Origin: an uncultured delta proteobacterium
Lineage (GTDB): Bacteria > Myxococcota > Myxococcia > SLRQ01
Length of the DNA: 11,038 nt
NCBI GenBank assembly: GCA_963727485.1
Contig: CAVSGM010000014.1
Location: forward strand, 1-11,038
Direction: 5' to 3'
A program made the translations under genes and the position numbers. The notes under the pieces were generated by a model, which worked only from the letters and a program-made list of their open reading frames with translations, ran no database searches and was not told where the DNA came from. This document shows, in pieces, positions 7,537-11,038 of the stretch. The stretch's first letter is position 1, and every line of letters starts with the position of its first letter.

Positions 7537-8784
7537 TCAGCGCGCGGCCGGGACCCCGGGCGCGCGCATCTGCGGCGACTCGCGGACGAAGGCGAGGAGC
7601 ACGGCGCAGATCCCCATGAGCACCGCCGCCCCGGCGATGGCCGGGAGGAACGAGTGGAACACCGTGTTCACCCAGCCCATGGCGTACACGAAGACCACCG
7701 CCACCTGCCCCGCCAGCGCATAGAGCCCGTTCGACGTGCCCTCGGGGACCGGGTGGGTGATCTCGGCGCCGTACTGGTAGGCCACCGGCGCCAGCCCGGT
7801 GAGGAAGAAGCCCACGAGCGCGAAGCAGGTCAGAAGCGTGGAGAACCGCCCGGCCCACAGGAGGCCCGCGAGCGGCACCACCGAGATCCCCGCCGAGACG
7901 AAGAGCACCGCCTTGCGCCGGCGCAGCTTGTCGGAGACGAGCGGGAGCACGATGGCGCCGACGATGCCGCCGATCATCATCGCCGCGGCCAGGGTCCCCG
8001 CCTCGCCCTGGGAGATCCCCCGGGGCCGGACGATGGCCTCGACCCAGATCGACAGGCCGTTGAAGATCCCCCCGCCGACGAACAGCGCGATGGTCAGCAG
8101 CCAGAAGTCCCGGCTCTTGAGGATGAGCTTGAGGCCGTCGAACATCAGCGCCCGCTCGTCCTCACCGGCGGCGCCGGGGGGCGTGGGCGGGGCCTCGCGG
8201 AAGAGCACCAGGAAGACCACCGCCGAGCCCAGCGCCAGCGCGCCGGCGCCGAGCTGCATCCCGTGGAAGCCGAGGGCCTTGACCGCCACCGGGCTGAACG
8301 CCGCGCCGAGGACGATCCCGAGGAACGCCGCCACCGCGCACAGGCCCACCGCCGTCGCCCGCTCCTTCAACGGGAACCACCGCGCCGCCAGCTTGGCGAA
8401 GGCCCCGAGGAAGAACGGCTGCGAGGCGGCGATGCCGATGGTGAAGAGCATCGTCGCCAGGTAGCTCACCGCGAAGAGGCCCCGGAGGATCCCGAAGACC
8501 CCGAGGAGCACCGCCCCGAGCCCGATGCCCACGCGCAGGCCCCAGGTGTCGAGGATCCACGCCGCCGGGAGCGCCAGCGGCAGGTAGACCACCATGAACA
8601 CCATCCCCAGCCAGCCGATGGCGTTGTCGGAGACCCCGAAGTGGACGCTGGCGGTGTGCATCACCGGCGAGTAGCAAATCCACAGGATCTGGCAGGCGAC
8701 GTTCACCCCCATGAACACCCCAAGGACCACCCAGCGGTAGCCATAGACCTTCACCGCCTCGTCCCGCGTCGCCTCGTCGCTCAT
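7537..8784 (-). CDS. MFS transporter, FLVCR/SLC49-like, 415 aa
   Basis: GGAGG 9 nt upstream of ATG 8784; about 12 hydrophobic segments. Segments KVYGYRWVVL, LWICYSP, IGWLGMVFMVVYLPLALPAAWILD, WFPLKERATA, SDKLRRRK, AEITHPVPEGTSNG resemble the FLVCR family as I recall it. Confidence 0.9.
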   Translation of the reverse strand: MSDEATRDEAVKVYGYRWVVLGVFMGVNVACQILWICYSPVMHTASVHFGVSDNAIGWLGMVFMVVYLPLALPAAWILDTWGLRVGIGLGAVLLGVFGILRGLFAVSYLATMLFTIGIAASQPFFLGAFAKLAARWFPLKERATAVGLCAVAAFLGIVLGAAFSPVAVKALGFHGMQLGAGALALGSAVVFLVLFREAPPTPPGAAGEDERALMFDGLKLILKSRDFWLLTIALFVGGGIFNGLSIWVEAIVRPRGISQGEAGTLAAAMMIGGIVGAIVLPLVSDKLRRRKAVLFVSAGISVVPLAGLLWAGRFSTLLTCFALVGFFLTGLAPVAYQYGAEITHPVPEGTSNGLYALAGQVAVVFVYAMGWVNTVFHSFLPAIAGAAVLMGICAVLLAFVRESPQMRAPGVPAAR

Positions 8785-8818
8785 CGCCCCTGGCCTCCGT
8801 GTGCGCCGGCGACGGGGA

Positions 8819-8827
8819 TGGTATCAC
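8819..8827 (+). promoter_or_regulatory. Candidate extended -10 for a leaderless radical SAM transcript
   Basis: TG-G-TATCAC ends 6 nt before GTG 8834; no SD. The last position deviates from the consensus T. Confidence 0.3.
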
Positions 8828-8833
8828 CGGCCC

Positions 8834-9706
8834 GTGCGCTACGACCCGCCCGTGTTCCGCCCGCCGTCCGAGGCCGACGCCCTGATCCTCCAGGCGACCC
8901 TGGGGTGCTCCTGGAACCGCTGCACCTACTGCAACATGTACCGGACCAAGCGCTTCCAGGTCCGGCCGGTGGACGACGTCCTCGCCGACCTGAACGAGGC
9001 CGCGGACGCGGTGGGCGAGCAGGTGGAGAAGCTCTTCGTCGCCGACGGCGACGCGCTCACCCTGCCCATGGACCACTGGCGACCCCTGCTCGCCGCCGCC
9101 CGGGACCGGTTCCCGAGGCTCCGGCGCGTGTCCTGCTACGCCATGGCGCGCAACGTCCTGGAGAAGTCCGCCGATGACCTCGCCGAGCTGCGCCAAGGGG
9201 GCCTGACCACCCTCTACCTCGGCCCCGAGTCCGGGGACGCCGTGACCCTCAAGCGCATCGCCAAGGGCGACGGCTTCGAGGCCCACGTGGAGGCCGCGAA
9301 GAAGGCCCACGCCGCGGGGATGACCCTCTCGGTGATCCTGCTCCTCGGCGCCGGGGGCACCGCCCGCTCCGCCGAGCACGCCGCCGAGAGCGCCCGCCTG
9401 GTGACCGAGATGGACCCGGAGTTCCTCGCGGCCCTCACCCTCACCGTGGTCGAGGGGACGCCCCAGGCCAGGCTCCAGGCCACCGGGCGCTTCGAGCTTC
9501 CGCCTATCGAGGCGCTCCTCGGCGAGCTGCGGACCCTCGTGGCCGAGGCCCGGCCCACCCGGGCCCTGTTCCGCACCGACCACGCGTCGAACTACCTGCC
9601 CCTCGGCGGCCGGCTCCCCGAGGACCGGGAGCGGATCCTCTCGGTCCTCGACGCGGCGCTCGCCGGAGAGATCCCGCTTCGCCCCGAGTGGGCGCGCGGG
9701 CTCTAG
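8834..9706 (+). CDS. Radical SAM protein of unknown function (CX4CX2C subfamily), 290 aa
   Basis: GTG 8834; N-terminal YDPPVFRPPSEA..LILQATLGCSWNRCTYCNMY; FVADGDAL, YLGPESG, LGAGG, EGTP, FRTDHASNYL. Confidence 0.9.
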   Translation: MRYDPPVFRPPSEADALILQATLGCSWNRCTYCNMYRTKRFQVRPVDDVLADLNEAADAVGEQVEKLFVADGDALTLPMDHWRPLLAAARDRFPRLRRVSCYAMARNVLEKSADDLAELRQGGLTTLYLGPESGDAVTLKRIAKGDGFEAHVEAAKKAHAAGMTLSVILLLGAGGTARSAEHAAESARLVTEMDPEFLAALTLTVVEGTPQARLQATGRFELPPIEALLGELRTLVAEARPTRALFRTDHASNYLPLGGRLPEDRERILSVLDAALAGEIPLRPEWARGL

Positions 9707-11034
9707 GCTTCGGGCGACCGCCCACCCCGCCTCACGAGCCTCGCGGCGGGATCGGCCTCGACCTCGTCGAAGCTGGCGCCTCCTTCGAGCCACCAGTGGG
9801 CGACACGCGCCATGTCCTCGACCCCGGGCCAGCCGCCCTGGAGCCACCGGGCGCCCTCGGAGCACCGGACGACGTGGGACGAGAGCTGGCACTGCCGGGC
9901 GCCGTGCTCGAGCACCACCTGGTACGAGCTGCCGTGCTGCTCCAGGCGAGGCGCCAGGGTGCTCCCCTGTCGGGCCAGCCACGCCGCGATCAGGCCCAGC
10001 TCATGGTGCGGCGCGGATCCGAAGAAGGGCCGCACGGGTGAGGCCGCCAGCTTCGCCTCGATGGCGCGGAGGGCCGTCGCCTCGTCGCAGGGATCGCCGT
10101 CGACCAGGTACCCGTCGGTGGGGCTCCGCACCACCCGCGGGAGTCCCGCATCGACCCAGGGGAAATGCGAGCTGGCCGAGAAGTGAAGCTCGCGATGGCT
10201 CGAGTACGTGTAGAACCTCGACGCCACCGGGCTGGCCGCGAGCGCCTCGATCAGGGGGAGCATGGGGGCGAGCCCATCCCGCCGATGGGCGACGCAATCG
10301 AGCACGTGCAGCCAATGCCACCGCGCCGGATCGTCCTCCAGAACCTCGGCGTGCGGCTCCAGCGCCACCTCCGGCGCGTGCGCGGCCAGCGCCCGGAGCC
10401 CTACGCCTTCCAGGAGCCAGGCGGCGACGGCGGCGGGGAGGTCGGTGAGTCCCAGGGCAAGTGCGACCGAGGCCTGCTGGAGGAAGAACCGGCACGAGAC
10501 CTCGCCGTCGGCCTCCAGGATCCTGCAGGAGCGCCCCTCGCCATAGACCCACAGCTCGTAGAGGGGCTCCTCGCCGATGGTCCACCGGAGCCGGGGGTCT
10601 AGCTTCGCCGCCCGGGCGTGCATGGCCCGGTTGAGCCGGTCGAGGAACGGGACCTCGGCGACGAGCGCCTCGAGGGTGCGGCCGCGGATCCAGCCCGTCA
10701 CGCCGGTGACGACGTCGGCACGGCTCGCGGTTCGACCATCGGCGACGCGCGCGCCGAGGTCTCGAAGGACGAGCCGGTACGCGGGCCCTTCGTGGTAGGC
10801 CCCTGGCGCGTGCAGGGCGCTCCGCCCGTTCCCCGGGGACACGCCTCCCGGGGGCCCGGGCATCCGTCGCGGGTACCAGAAGCAGTTTACGACGAGCTCC
10901 CGCGTGCCCTCGGACCGGACGTCGAGGTGCCAGTTGTCGCCCCGACCGGTCGCCTGGGCGTCGAGGCCGGCGGCGCGCAGGTCGTCCTCGAGCGCCCGCG
11001 CCAGCCGCTCGGCTCGTGTCGTTCCGCCCGGCAC
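9703..11034 (-). CDS. Hypothetical protein with a DUF6193-like segment and three internal repeats; true start may lie beyond the window
   Basis: 443-aa ORF with protein-like composition. LIEALAASPVASRFYTYSSHRELHFSASSHFPWVDAGLPRV resembles DUF6193 as I recall it. The frame stays open upstream of GTG 11034 to the window edge; the stop overlaps the radical SAM stop (CTAG). Confidence 0.75.
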   Translation of the reverse strand: MPGGTTRAERLARALEDDLRAAGLDAQATGRGDNWHLDVRSEGTRELVVNCFWYPRRMPGPPGGVSPGNGRSALHAPGAYHEGPAYRLVLRDLGARVADGRTASRADVVTGVTGWIRGRTLEALVAEVPFLDRLNRAMHARAAKLDPRLRWTIGEEPLYELWVYGEGRSCRILEADGEVSCRFFLQQASVALALGLTDLPAAVAAWLLEGVGLRALAAHAPEVALEPHAEVLEDDPARWHWLHVLDCVAHRRDGLAPMLPLIEALAASPVASRFYTYSSHRELHFSASSHFPWVDAGLPRVVRSPTDGYLVDGDPCDEATALRAIEAKLAASPVRPFFGSAPHHELGLIAAWLARQGSTLAPRLEQHGSSYQVVLEHGARQCQLSSHVVRCSEGARWLQGGWPGVEDMARVAHWWLEGGASFDEVEADPAARLVRRGGRSPEA

Positions 11035-11038
11035 CGAA

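Overview
Very GC-rich, gene-dense bacterial window; a Myxococcota/deltaproteobacteria-like origin is my inference only. From left to right it holds: (1) a tandem array of three diverged paralogs of a beta-rich, probably exported protein, the first cut by the window edge and the third apparently frameshifted and internally deleted; (2) a PECR/AtuB-like SDR divergent from a zinc-ribbon rhomboid protease; (3) a minus-strand run of FLVCR/SLC49-like MFS transporter, AldB/AcoD-type aldehyde dehydrogenase with a candidate sigma-54 promoter, DUF779, a two-domain lipoprotein and a SMI1/KNR4 (SUKH) protein; (4) a divergent CX4CX2C radical SAM gene; (5) a convergent DUF6193-like protein with three internal repeats. 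No rRNA, tRNA, CRISPR array or mobile element was seen. The best leads are a possible choline/ethanolamine uptake-to-acetaldehyde module (FLVCR-like MFS plus aldB-DUF779) and the uncharacterised paralog array. All family calls come from motif recognition, with no database search.
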